A stretch of DNA of 64,000 bases, taken from the NCBI GenBank assembly GCA_017427265.1, contig JAFRTG010000031.1, positions 30,303 through 94,302 of the forward strand, in the 5' to 3' direction. This document shows, piece after piece, positions 1 through 9,160 of the stretch (position 1 is its first letter; every line of letters starts with the position of its first letter). This DNA comes from Oscillospiraceae bacterium (GTDB taxonomy: Bacteria > Bacillota > Clostridia > Oscillospirales > Ruminococcaceae). The notes under the pieces were generated by a model. The model made no database searches. It saw only the letters and a program-made list of their open reading frames with translations, and had not been told where the DNA came from. Made by a program: the position numbers and the translations under genes.

Positions 1-1
1 A

Positions 2-679
2 TACTGCGTCTACGGTCCGCCGCCTGTGTCTGAAGCGGATGCATCGGATACGGGTTCCGTGCTCAGTTCTATGACGAAGGATGACTTTCTCAATATCACA
101 GACGATGAACTGATCGCGCTGGCAGAGCAATACAGCAGTCTCCCGCGGCCGGAATACTGCTCGTTCCTGCCGGATTCTGTACCCTTGGTGAATATCGAGC
201 TAGCAGAAAAATCTGCGAAAAACACAGCGGAGGCATTTGCACTTGTAAGTGAACGCTCCGGCGGGCTGCCGGCGCTCGAACGTGAAAAGAAAAGCGGTCA
301 GTGGTGGCTGTATGCGGCCGGTTCGGGAATTATACATTACTATCTGGTGCTGGACAGCGACTTTTTTGATGTGGAGACACAGACGCTCAACGCAAAGGTC
401 AATGAGGAGAATGTGCTGAAGCTCGCAGCGATGCAGGACTATCGGTTCGGCCACAAGCTCGCGGCCTTTACCGAGGATGAGGGCAGCAGAATCCGCTGCA
501 CTGAGTTCACACTCCATTACAGCAGCGGGGAAGAAGGACAGTGCGATACGGCAGTGATAAACGGCCGCGAGTTTACGGTTGATAAGAAAACCGGAAAGCT
601 CGAAGGCTTTCAGGATGAAGCGTATATGTTTCATCAGGAAGCAGAGCTGCCGGGCACCGGTCAGGCGGAAACAGAATGA
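2..679 (+). CDS. hypothetical protein (5' end probably outside window)
   Basis: The frame of ORF 26..679 stays open back to nt 2. Composition is coding-like. It ends 24 nt before rlmN. No family recognised. Confidence 0.5.
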   Translation, partial: YCVYGPPPVSEADASDTGSVLSSMTKDDFLNITDDELIALAEQYSSLPRPEYCSFLPDSVPLVNIELAEKSAKNTAEAFALVSERSGGLPALEREKKSGQWWLYAAGSGIIHYYLVLDSDFFDVETQTLNAKVNEENVLKLAAMQDYRFGHKLAAFTEDEGSRIRCTEFTLHYSSGEEGQCDTAVINGREFTVDKKTGKLEGFQDEAYMFHQEAELPGTGQAETE

Positions 680-703
680 GATCATACAAAGGAGCTGAAC
701 GGC

Positions 704-1756
704 ATGGAACAGCAGAAAATTGATATTCTCAGCCTTCTGCCGGAGCAGCTCGAAGCGGAGATCAAAGCGATGGGAGCGCCCAAATTCCGCGCAAAACAGA
801 TCTTCCGCCAGATGCATGAAAAGCGCGTTTTTGATTTCACGAAAATGACAGAACTATCTAAACAATTTCAGTGTGAACTCAATGAGCGATTTTATATAAA
901 CATGCCAAATATTGAGAAAAGACTTGCATCTGATGTCGATGATACTGTAAAATATCTATATAGGCTCTCTGACGGCAGCTGTATCGAAACGGTGCGCATG
1001 GTGTACCGTCACGGGATCACTGCGTGTATCTCCACACAGGTCGGCTGCAAGATGGGGTGCAGGTTCTGCGCGTCGGCGCCGCTGGGCTTCGTCCGCAACC
1101 TGACACCCGCAGAGATGCTCGGTCAGATTTACGGCGCGGATGCGGGCTTTCCTGAGGAAGAACGGATCAGCGGCGTGGTGCTGATGGGCATCGGAGAGCC
1201 GCTCGATAACTATGATAATGTCATGCAGTTTCTGCGGCTGCTCTCCTGCAAGGAAGGGCGGAACCTCAGTCTGCGTCATGTGGCACTTTCTACCTGCGGT
1301 GTCGTTCCGCAGATCAGAAGGCTTGCGGAGGAGCAGCTTCCGCTGACGCTTTCTGTTTCGCTCCATGCGGCAACCGATGAAAAGCGCGATGCGCTCATGC
1401 CGGTCAACCGGCGGTATCCGCTTGACGAGCTGCTGGAGGCCTGCGGCGAATACTTCCGGAAAACAGGCAGGAGAGTCACATTTGAATATGCCGTCATCGC
1501 CGGCGAAAATGATACGCCGGAGGCGGCAAAGGAACTCGGAAAACGGCTGAAGCCCGTCTTCCCGAATTACCGGCCGCATGTCAATCTGATTCCGGTCAAT
1601 CCCGTTGCGGGAACCGGCTTCCGGGCAGGCCGTGCGGCGGCATTCCGGAAACTCCTGGAGCAGGAGGGCATCAATGCAACCGTCCGCAGAACGCTGGGCG
1701 ATGATATCAAGGCAGCGTGCGGACAGCTTCGGAGAGATACAATCGAATCCAACTGA
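704..1756 (+). CDS. rlmN: 23S rRNA (adenine2503-C2)-methyltransferase RlmN, radical SAM
   Basis: 350 aa. Radical-SAM cluster motif GCKMGCRFCAS and conserved C-terminal Cys (AACGQL). AAGGAG SD upstream. Classic position ahead of stp-prkC-rsgA. Confidence 0.93.
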   Translation: MEQQKIDILSLLPEQLEAEIKAMGAPKFRAKQIFRQMHEKRVFDFTKMTELSKQFQCELNERFYINMPNIEKRLASDVDDTVKYLYRLSDGSCIETVRMVYRHGITACISTQVGCKMGCRFCASAPLGFVRNLTPAEMLGQIYGADAGFPEEERISGVVLMGIGEPLDNYDNVMQFLRLLSCKEGRNLSLRHVALSTCGVVPQIRRLAEEQLPLTLSVSLHAATDEKRDALMPVNRRYPLDELLEACGEYFRKTGRRVTFEYAVIAGENDTPEAAKELGKRLKPVFPNYRPHVNLIPVNPVAGTGFRAGRAAAFRKLLEQEGINATVRRTLGDDIKAACGQLRRDTIESN

Positions 1757-1777
1757 TAGAAAGCGTGGTGAGCGGCA

Positions 1778-2506
1778 GTGAAAGCGTATCTGGGCTGTGA
1801 TATCGGCAAGACCAGAACGGAGAATCAGGACTCCATCCGGGCAGAGAATTTTCCGGACGGTGTGTTTGCTGTTGTCTGCGACGGCATGGGCGGTATGCAG
1901 AACGGCAGCGCCGCCAGCAAGATCGCTGTTTCTGCTGCGGAGGAACGCTTTCGGTCTGAATACAGCACGGGCATGGAGCCGGAGGCAGTCTGTGAACTGC
2001 TGCGGAGCTGTGCCGCGGATGCGAACCAGAAGGTCTATCAGGCGGCTGTTTACAGCGAGATGCGCGCCAGAATGGGCACAACGCTTGTCGGCGTGTTTGC
2101 GCGGGACGATGTGCTCTGCTCCGTCAATGTCGGCGATTCCAGAGCCTATCTGCTGCCCGCTGAGGGCCCGCTGAAGCAGCTGACCGTCGATCATACGGTC
2201 GTGCAGCTGCTCTTTGAGCAGGGCATGATCCGTGAGGAGGAGCGTGCGACCCACGAAAGGCGCAATGAGCTGATCCGGGCGGTCGGCGTTTCCGGAAGAG
2301 TGCTCGCGGATACACAGATTCTGCCGCTGCAGCCGGGTGAGCGTGTACTGCTCTGTTCGGACGGCCTTTATGCAATGGTTCCGGAGGCGCGGATCGCAGA
2401 GCTGATCCGGAAAAATCCGCCGGAGCAGCTCCCTGAGCTCTGCATCGCAGAGGCGAACGCAAACGGCGGAAGAGATAATATTTCTGTGATTCTGCTGACA
2501 AATTAA
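1778..2506 (+). CDS. stp: PP2C-family Ser/Thr protein phosphatase
   Basis: 242 aa with a GTG start. PP2C motifs (RTENQDS, VCDGMGG, GTTLV, LCSDGL, NGGRDNIS). Immediately upstream of prkC. Confidence 0.9.
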   Translation: MKAYLGCDIGKTRTENQDSIRAENFPDGVFAVVCDGMGGMQNGSAASKIAVSAAEERFRSEYSTGMEPEAVCELLRSCAADANQKVYQAAVYSEMRARMGTTLVGVFARDDVLCSVNVGDSRAYLLPAEGPLKQLTVDHTVVQLLFEQGMIREEERATHERRNELIRAVGVSGRVLADTQILPLQPGERVLLCSDGLYAMVPEARIAELIRKNPPEQLPELCIAEANANGGRDNISVILLTN

Positions 2507-2625
2507 ACAGCGCTCACAACTTTGTTTTTCGGTTATTTTTTTGTGCGGCGTTCCGCACAATGAGAATACAGACCTGATATCAAGAAATTGAGTTTGCCGG
2601 ATCGCAGCCGGCACGGAGGTTCGAG

Positions 2626-4899
2626 ATGGAAAAAGAACGCAATGACAAGAACATCGGAAAGAAGCTCGACGGTCGCTATGAAATTACGGAGTTGATCGGA
2701 GAGGGCGGCATGGCTGATGTGTATCGTGCAACGGATGTTGTCGATAACAAAACGGTCGCCGTCAAAATCCTGAAAAAGGAGTTTGCCGAGAATGAGGAAT
2801 TCCTGCGCAGATTCCGCAATGAGTCCAAGGCGATTGCCGTGCTCAGTCACCCGAACATCGTGAAGATTTTCGATGTCGGGTTCTCGGAGCGCATTCAGTT
2901 TATCGTCATGGAATATATCGACGGCATTACACTGAATGAATATATGGAGCAGCAGGGACAGCTCGGCTGGAAGGATGCCGTGCACTTCATTCTGCAGATC
3001 CTGCGCGCACTCCAGCACGCGCACAGCAAGGGCATCGTGCACCGTGACATCAAGCCGCAGAATATCATGATGCTCCGCGACGGCACCATCAAGGTCATGG
3101 ACTTCGGCATTGCCAAATTCGCCCGCGAGGACGGCAAAACCGGTACCGATAAGGCCATCGGCACCGTGCACTATATCAGCCCGGAGCAGGCCAGAGGCGG
3201 CGTCACCGATGCAAAGAGCGATATTTATTCCGTCGGTGTGATGCTCTACGAGATGCTGACCGGCAAAAAGCCGTTCGATACCGACAATCCTGTCAGTATT
3301 GCGGTTATGCACATGCAGGCCAAGGTTCCGATGCCGCATTCCATCCGTCCCGACATCCAGATCGGTCTGGAGGAGATCATTCTCAAGGCGATGGAAAAGG
3401 ATCCGGTCAACCGGTATCAGTCTGCACGCGATATGATGGACGACCTGCAGACGTTCAAAGAGAACCCGGACGGTGTGTTCGGCTATTACCCCGAGTTGTT
3501 CGGCGGAGATGTGGAGGAAACAGATTTGTTTGATGAAACCGGCGATTCCGGCAAGACGAGATACTATAAGCCTGTAACAGAGGAATCTGAGATTCCGCAG
3601 GAAGAGCGTTATTACGATGACGGTCAGGATCCTTTCTACGAGGAAGAGCAGTACTACGATGAGGATTATGACGACAGAGACTATGACCGCGGATACAGCC
3701 GCGACTATGATGACGAGGACGATGAGGAGGAAGAGGAGGAGAGCAGATCGCTCTTTGTCCCGATTCTCAGTGCTGTCATTATCGTGGTCATTGTTGTGGC
3801 CGGCGTTCTGTTCACAACGCTGATCTACGGTATGCTGAAGAATCAGGGTACCGGAGATAATGCAGAAACCGGTATGCCGAACCTCTACAATATGGATGTG
3901 GAAGAGGCGCGCCGCGCTTACGGCGATCTTGACATTGTCATCATCAGCCGTGAGTATTCCGACCTCGAAAACGGCAAGATCTTCGATCAGGATGTCAAGC
4001 CGAACAACCCGGTCAAGAAGGGCGATACCGTCAACGTCAAGGTTTCGCTCGGCGCAAAGAAGGTGCAGCTCCCTGACGTCAAGGACTGGACCTATGAAAT
4101 GGCAAAGAACGAGATTCTGCGCCTCGGTCTGTTCGTGGACAAGCGTTCTGCTTATGACGATACGGTTCCGGAAGGCAATGTCATCTCGACGGATCCGGCA
4201 GGCCCGACCGAGCTTGAGCCGAACAGCTATGTTCGTGTGACGGTTTCGCTCGGCAAGAACAAGGACGTCGTTGCTGTTCCGAACTTCATCGGCATGGACT
4301 GGGATCTCGCCCAGACCACTGCACAGGGCATGAAGCTCGTTCTCGGTAAAAAAGAGGTTGACGATCCTTCTCCGGAAGGCACCGTTCTGAATCAGAACGT
4401 CCGCGTCGGTGAAGAGGTCTCTGAGGAAACGGTCATTGAGCTGACGGTTTCCAGCGGCAAGAAGAAGGATCAGAGTGTCCGCGTTTCGTTCAGCATCCCG
4501 GCCAATACAAACGGCCTGTTCCACATCATGCTCTATGAGGGAGGCGTGGCAAAGGTCGTCGGCAGCAGCTTCAATCCGGAGTATGCCGCAGGTTCCACCA
4601 GCCTGATGGTCGAGGGTAAGGATACTGCTGATATGCTGGCTGTTCTGGTCAATGACAATACCGGTAAGACTGCGAATATCGGTACCTACCACATTGACTT
4701 CAATGCAGGAACTGCATCGCAGGTAAGCGGTGACATTACTGCTGCATTCCAGGAGGTCGGCGGCCTGGCAGGTGCGCAGCCGCAGACGACACAGGCTCCT
4801 GCAACACAGGCTCCGGTTGAGACACAGGCTCCTGCAACACAGGCTCCGGTTGAAACCCAGGCTCCTGTTGAGAACCAGGATCCGGCCGTGGTGGAATAA
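2626..4899 (+). CDS. prkC: PASTA-domain Ser/Thr protein kinase
   Basis: 757 aa. Hanks kinase motifs (GEGGMADVY, VAVK, HRDIKPQN, DFG, SPEQ). One TM helix (AVIIVVIVVAGVLFTTLIY). PASTA-like repeats. GGAGG SD. Confidence 0.93.
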   Translation: MEKERNDKNIGKKLDGRYEITELIGEGGMADVYRATDVVDNKTVAVKILKKEFAENEEFLRRFRNESKAIAVLSHPNIVKIFDVGFSERIQFIVMEYIDGITLNEYMEQQGQLGWKDAVHFILQILRALQHAHSKGIVHRDIKPQNIMMLRDGTIKVMDFGIAKFAREDGKTGTDKAIGTVHYISPEQARGGVTDAKSDIYSVGVMLYEMLTGKKPFDTDNPVSIAVMHMQAKVPMPHSIRPDIQIGLEEIILKAMEKDPVNRYQSARDMMDDLQTFKENPDGVFGYYPELFGGDVEETDLFDETGDSGKTRYYKPVTEESEIPQEERYYDDGQDPFYEEEQYYDEDYDDRDYDRGYSRDYDDEDDEEEEEESRSLFVPILSAVIIVVIVVAGVLFTTLIYGMLKNQGTGDNAETGMPNLYNMDVEEARRAYGDLDIVIISREYSDLENGKIFDQDVKPNNPVKKGDTVNVKVSLGAKKVQLPDVKDWTYEMAKNEILRLGLFVDKRSAYDDTVPEGNVISTDPAGPTELEPNSYVRVTVSLGKNKDVVAVPNFIGMDWDLAQTTAQGMKLVLGKKEVDDPSPEGTVLNQNVRVGEEVSEETVIELTVSSGKKKDQSVRVSFSIPANTNGLFHIMLYEGGVAKVVGSSFNPEYAAGSTSLMVEGKDTADMLAVLVNDNTGKTANIGTYHIDFNAGTASQVSGDITAAFQEVGGLAGAQPQTTQAPATQAPVETQAPATQAPVETQAPVENQDPAVVE

Positions 4900-5753
4900 T
4901 GGAAGGTTTGATTATCAAAGCTGTTGGGGGACTTTACGATGTAGAGTCCCCCAGCGGTGTATTACAGTGCAAAGCACGCGGGATTTTCCGCAAGCAGGGC
5001 ATCTCGCCCTGTACCGGTGACCGCGTGACGGTGGAGGGCGATGTCATCACGGAGATTCATCCGCGCAGGAATCTGCTGATCCGCCCGCCGCTTGCCAATC
5101 TCGATCAGCTGCTGTTTGTGCTCTCCGTGCGGGAGCCCGCGCCGAATCTTCTGCTGCTTGACCGCTTCCTTGCGGTCTGTGTCTATAAGGAGATTCGTCC
5201 GGTGCTGGTGTTTACCAAGCTCGATCTCGCAGACGCCGAGAAATATGCGGAGATTTACCGCGGAAGCGGCTTTCCGCTGTATTTTGCGGATTATCAGAAG
5301 CCGGAAACAGTGCAGGAGATTTATGCGCTGCTGGAGGGCAAAATCAGTGCGTTTACCGGCAATTCCGGTGTCGGAAAATCTACGCTGCTCAATGCGCTGG
5401 ATGAGCGGCTGCAGCTCGAAACTGCGCATATCAGCAAAAAGCTCGGCAGAGGACGCCACACCACAAGAGAAACGGCACTCTATACGCTGCCGCACGGCGG
5501 AAAAATTGCGGATACACCGGGCTTTTCGACCTTTGAAACCGATGCCTACGCACAGATCGCGCCGGATGAGCTTGCAGACTGCTTCCCGGAACTGCAGCGC
5601 ATTTCTGCGCCCTGCCGCTATGCTGACTGCCGGCATCTGAAGGAGCCGGGATGTGCCGTCCGGCAGGCCGTCGCAGACGGTGAGATCGTGCAGTCGCGCT
5701 ATGACAGCTATACGGTGATGCTGCAGGAAGCAATGGCGCGCAAGGTTTACTGA
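4899..5753 (+). CDS. rsgA: ribosome small-subunit-dependent GTPase A
   Basis: 284 aa. P-loop GNSGVGKST, circularly permuted GTPase layout, zinc knuckle CRYADCRHLKEPGC. Start overlaps the prkC stop (TAATG). Confidence 0.92.
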   Translation: MEGLIIKAVGGLYDVESPSGVLQCKARGIFRKQGISPCTGDRVTVEGDVITEIHPRRNLLIRPPLANLDQLLFVLSVREPAPNLLLLDRFLAVCVYKEIRPVLVFTKLDLADAEKYAEIYRGSGFPLYFADYQKPETVQEIYALLEGKISAFTGNSGVGKSTLLNALDERLQLETAHISKKLGRGRHTTRETALYTLPHGGKIADTPGFSTFETDAYAQIAPDELADCFPELQRISAPCRYADCRHLKEPGCAVRQAVADGEIVQSRYDSYTVMLQEAMARKVY

Positions 5754-5762
5754 TGCGTGCGT

Positions 5763-6410
5763 GCGGGCAGTGCCCGCTGCCATTTCCCTACGGGCGCCGT
5801 CAGCGGAGCTCCCCAAATGAAACAATTTCACGCCGCTGTTCGCGGCTTCTGAAAGGTTACTTCTCCCCAAATCTAAAGTATGCCGCATGTTTTATGAATC
5901 GCTCGCGGCGGGCAGTGCCCGTTGCCAATTCCCTTCGGGCGGGCAGTGCCCGCTGCCATTTCCCTACGGGCGCCGTCAGCGGAGCTCCCCCAATTAAACA
6001 ATTTCACGCCGCTGTTCGCGGCTTCTGAAAGGCAGCTCCTCCCCAAATCTAAAGTACGCCGCATGTTTTATGAATCGCTCGCGGCGGGCAGTGCCCGTTG
6101 CCAATTCCCTTCGGGCGGGCAGTGCCCGCTGCCATTTCCCTACGGGCGCCGTCAGCGGAGCTCCCCAAATGAAACAAACACACGCCGCTGTTCGCGGCTT
6201 CTGAAAGGTTACTTCTCCCCAAATCTAAAGTATGCCGCATGTTTTATGAATCGCTCGCGGCGGGCAGTGCCCGTTGCCAATTCCCTTCGGGCGGGCAGTG
6301 CCCGCTGCCAATTCCCTTCGGAGGGCGGCAGCGGAGCTCCCCAAATGAAACAAACACACGCCGCTGTTCGCGGCTTCTGAAAGGTTACTTCTCCTCAAAT
6401 CTAAAGTACG
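5763..6410. repeat. non-coding tandem repeat array, 176-bp unit, about 3.7 copies
   Basis: Units start at 5763, 5939, 6115 and 6291 and are near-identical. Each unit ends and begins with a ~32-nt sub-repeat GCGGGCAGTGCCCG(C/T)TGCCA(T/A)TTCCCT(A/T)CGG containing the dyad CGGGCA-G-TGCCCG. 176 is not a multiple of 3. Confidence 0.9.
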
Positions 6411-6428
6411 CCGCAAGCGCAGAATCAT

Positions 6429-6474
6429 AAAGTTTTTGGCCGGGCGATTGGAATAAAGCCCGACCAAAAACTTT
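6429..6474. terminator. bidirectional intrinsic terminator between convergent units
   Basis: 17-bp stem AAAGTTTTTGGCCGGGC / GCCCGACCAAAAACTTT (1 mismatch), 12-nt loop, T-rich tail on the + strand. Confidence 0.75.
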
Positions 6475-6504
6475 ATTTTTATACGCTGCCGGCAGGGAAA
6501 GAAA

Positions 6505-7626
6505 TCACAGTGCACGCAGCAGCGCGGAAACCTCCTGCTCCGTGTTCATCACGGACGGCGAAAAGCGAACTGTGCCCTGCGCCGTGCCGAGTGTTTCATG
6601 TGCGAGCGGTGCACATTGCAGACCGCCGCGCAGACAGAATCCCGCTGCTGCAAGACGCGCTGCAGTCTCGTCCGGTGATTCGCCGGACAGCGTGAACGAT
6701 ACAACCGGCGCATACCGTGCGCCCGCAGTACGGTAAACGGCTGCGCCCGGAATCTGCCGCAGACCGTCAGTCAGCCGGCTGCACAGCCTGCTCTCGTATG
6801 CGTGGATGCTGTCAATGCCTTTGGCCGTGACCCACTGCATCCCGGCATCCAGCGCAGCAATGCCCGGTACATTTGCGGTACCTGCTTCCAGTGCGTCCGG
6901 CAGAAAATCCGGCATCTGCAGGGAAGCCGATAACGATCCGGTGCCGCCCTGCATCAGCGGCCGCAGCGGTACGGTGCCGTCTGAAATCAGCATACCGGTT
7001 CCCATGACGCCGTAAAGCCCCTTGTGCCCCGCCGTACAAAGCAGCCGGATGCCGTCCTCGCGGAGAGAAACCGGCAGGACACCGCAGGCCTGCGCGCCGT
7101 CTGCAATCAGAATCAGATTGTGCGCCCTGCAAAGCGCTCCGAGCGCCCGGATCGGCAGAATTTGTCCGGTGACATTGCTGACGAGTGTGCAGATGATTGC
7201 TCTGGTCTGCGGACGGATCATCCGCCTGAATGCGTCAGCGGTCTCGGCATCGTCTGCGGAGACCCTTGCAATATTGTATGAGATCAGGCCTTCTGCGGCC
7301 ATCGCAGCGACCGGACGCGCTGCGGCATTGTGCTCCAGACTGCTGAGAATCACATGGTCACCGCGCTGCAGAACACCGCGGATTGCAAGATTCAGCGCGT
7401 GGGTGCAGTTCTGCGTGAAAACCACATGCTCCGGCTCGGCACTGAAAAAAGCGGCGGCGGTCTCCCGTGCGTGAAACAGGACTTTGCCTGCACGCACCGC
7501 AAGCGGATGTCCGCCGCGTCCGGGATTGCCGCCGTATTCCCGGACGGCCCGCTGCAATGCCGCTCGGACGCACTGCGGCTTCGGCCATGTGGTCGCAGCG
7601 TTGTCAAAATAAACAGGGTTCTGCAA
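6505..7626 (-). CDS. class V aminotransferase / cysteine desulfurase family protein
   Basis: 373 aa with a TTG start after AAAGGAG. N-terminal YFDNAATT. PLP-lysine context TAGHKGLYG. Confidence 0.85.
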   Translation of the reverse strand: MQNPVYFDNAATTWPKPQCVRAALQRAVREYGGNPGRGGHPLAVRAGKVLFHARETAAAFFSAEPEHVVFTQNCTHALNLAIRGVLQRGDHVILSSLEHNAAARPVAAMAAEGLISYNIARVSADDAETADAFRRMIRPQTRAIICTLVSNVTGQILPIRALGALCRAHNLILIADGAQACGVLPVSLREDGIRLLCTAGHKGLYGVMGTGMLISDGTVPLRPLMQGGTGSLSASLQMPDFLPDALEAGTANVPGIAALDAGMQWVTAKGIDSIHAYESRLCSRLTDGLRQIPGAAVYRTAGARYAPVVSFTLSGESPDETAARLAAAGFCLRGGLQCAPLAHETLGTAQGTVRFSPSVMNTEQEVSALLRAL

Positions 7627-7651
7627 CGGTGTCAGCTCCTTTCCGCTGTGT

Positions 7652-7849
7652 TCAGCTGATCTGATAGGGGATGCCCTGTGCCGTCAGCAGCGCGTAAATG
7701 GCGGCGGACGGCGCGGATACCCGGAAATGATATGCACAGCCCGACGAAGCCGTATACTTCTGCATCCGGAAACGGTAGCGGTAGCGCTCCAGCAGAAGGC
7801 GCGCTTTTTCCGCATAGGTCTCTGACAGAACGATAAAATGAGTTTCCAT
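7652..7849 (-). CDS. small DUF3343-like protein (putative partner of the desulfurase)
   Basis: 65 aa from the ATG preceded by AGGAGG. SSGCAY motif. Co-oriented and 25 nt upstream of the desulfurase gene. The longer 82-aa ORF in the track lacks an SD. Confidence 0.6.
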   Translation of the reverse strand: METHFIVLSETYAEKARLLLERYRYRFRMQKYTASSGCAYHFRVSAPSAAIYALLTAQGIPYQIS

Positions 7850-7981
7850 TCTTGTCACCTCCTTTGCGCTATTATATGCGCATTCGACAGGGTCTGACAC
7901 CGGGGCGGAACAGCAAGTTATACAAAAAAAACCGCCGAAATCCGTGACAATGAGAATCTTGTCGGAAAATGTGGAAAACGC

Positions 7982-8010
7982 TTGCTTTTTTCGGCGTTTT
8001 GCGGTAAAAT
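7982..8010 (+). promoter_or_regulatory. candidate sigma-A promoter
   Basis: TTGCTT-17 nt-TAAAAT upstream of the 8057 ORF. Confidence 0.3.
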
Positions 8011-8056
8011 ATAAGGTGCATCATACTGTGCAGCGGCACCTTCGCAGCTGCCGGGG

Positions 8057-9142
8057 ATGCAAAATAAAATAACAGAAAGGCAGAAACAAACTATGGCTCA
8101 GGCTCGCCGCCGGCTGACACCCGGAAAGATTGTCGGCCGCATTTTCATCGTCATTTTTACAACCCTGATTATGCTTGTCATCGCGTTGTATTTTATTATG
8201 CTGGTGATTGCAAAGGGACCTTCCGAAAACGCAAAGCAGAGATTTGTCTGTACCGTGCAGGAAACCAGTGCCCTGAAGTTCCTTGCAACATGGTATTTCA
8301 CAGATGAGGAGATTCAGAATTATCTCGGTGCAAACCGTGACACCATCCCGGTCGAGGAGACCAATACCGCGCTCATCAATATTGCGCAGAAGCCCGGTGA
8401 GAACGGCGAGGCTGCACAGGACGGTGCAGAGGCACATCCTGCAACAGAGCTCGTGGATGTATCCGGCAAGAGCTTCAAGGGCAAGCTGCTGAAAATCTCC
8501 GATCCTTCCCGCGTGATCGTCGGTGTCTCCGGCCCCTACGGTGAAGGCTGCGAGGGCAAGCGCGTCAAGGATATCATTGCCGATTACGGCGCAATGGCCG
8601 GTACAAACGCCGGCGGATTTCTGGATCTCAACGGTGTCGGCAACGGCGGTACCCCGCTCGGCATCGTCATCTCCGAGAATCAGCCCAAAGCGCTCGTTGA
8701 TTCCACAACATATCCGAATGTCGTCGGCTTTGACCAGAACAACATTCTGCATGTCGGCACCATGACCGGTGCACAGGCAAAGGAGCTCGGTCTCCGCGAT
8801 GCAATTTCGTGGGAGCTCGGCCCGGTGCTTGTGGTCAACGGCAAGCCTGCCAACGAAAATGCCCCGCTCGGCGGCGGCTACAATCCGCGTACTGCGATCG
8901 GTCAGACCGCTGACGGTACCGTTCTGCTGCTGGTCGTTGACGGCAGACAGATGTCCTCGATCGGCGCGACCTATGACGATCTGGTGCAGGTCATGATGGA
9001 GAACGGCGCAATCAATGCCGCGAACCTCGACGGCGGAAGCTCCTCTGTTATGTATATGAACGGCGAGCTTAAAAATATCTGCTCCTCGCTCTACGGCCCG
9101 CGTCCGGTTCCGACCTGCTGGCTCGTGAAGCCGGAATCTTGA
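8057..9142 (+). CDS. phosphodiester glycosidase family protein, N-terminal membrane anchor
   Basis: 361 aa. TM segment IFIVIFTTLIMLVIALYFIMLVIA. C-terminal NLDGGSSSVMY motif typical of this family (recalled from memory). Alternative start at ATG 8093. Confidence 0.7.
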   Translation: MQNKITERQKQTMAQARRRLTPGKIVGRIFIVIFTTLIMLVIALYFIMLVIAKGPSENAKQRFVCTVQETSALKFLATWYFTDEEIQNYLGANRDTIPVEETNTALINIAQKPGENGEAAQDGAEAHPATELVDVSGKSFKGKLLKISDPSRVIVGVSGPYGEGCEGKRVKDIIADYGAMAGTNAGGFLDLNGVGNGGTPLGIVISENQPKALVDSTTYPNVVGFDQNNILHVGTMTGAQAKELGLRDAISWELGPVLVVNGKPANENAPLGGGYNPRTAIGQTADGTVLLLVVDGRQMSSIGATYDDLVQVMMENGAINAANLDGGSSSVMYMNGELKNICSSLYGPRPVPTCWLVKPES

Positions 9143-9160
9143 GAGAGGGGGACATCATAA

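Noticed and set aside
956-2614. 552-aa minus-strand ORF antisense to rlmN/stp. The same applies to 2533..4692 (antisense to prkC), 8021..8752, 9155..11041, 11546..12991, 13313..14104 and 15499..16347.
   Set aside because: Each lies opposite a gene with clear family motifs and an SD. Their translations are Arg/Ala/Leu-rich low-complexity sequence, typical of antisense frames in GC-rich coding DNA.
5753-6515. ORFs of 60-150 aa on both strands inside the tandem array; the array was also considered as a CRISPR.
   Set aside because: - The 176-nt period is not a multiple of 3, so the ORFs are repeat artefacts in shifting frames.
- The units are contiguous with no unique spacers, there are no cas genes, and the unit is far longer than a CRISPR repeat.
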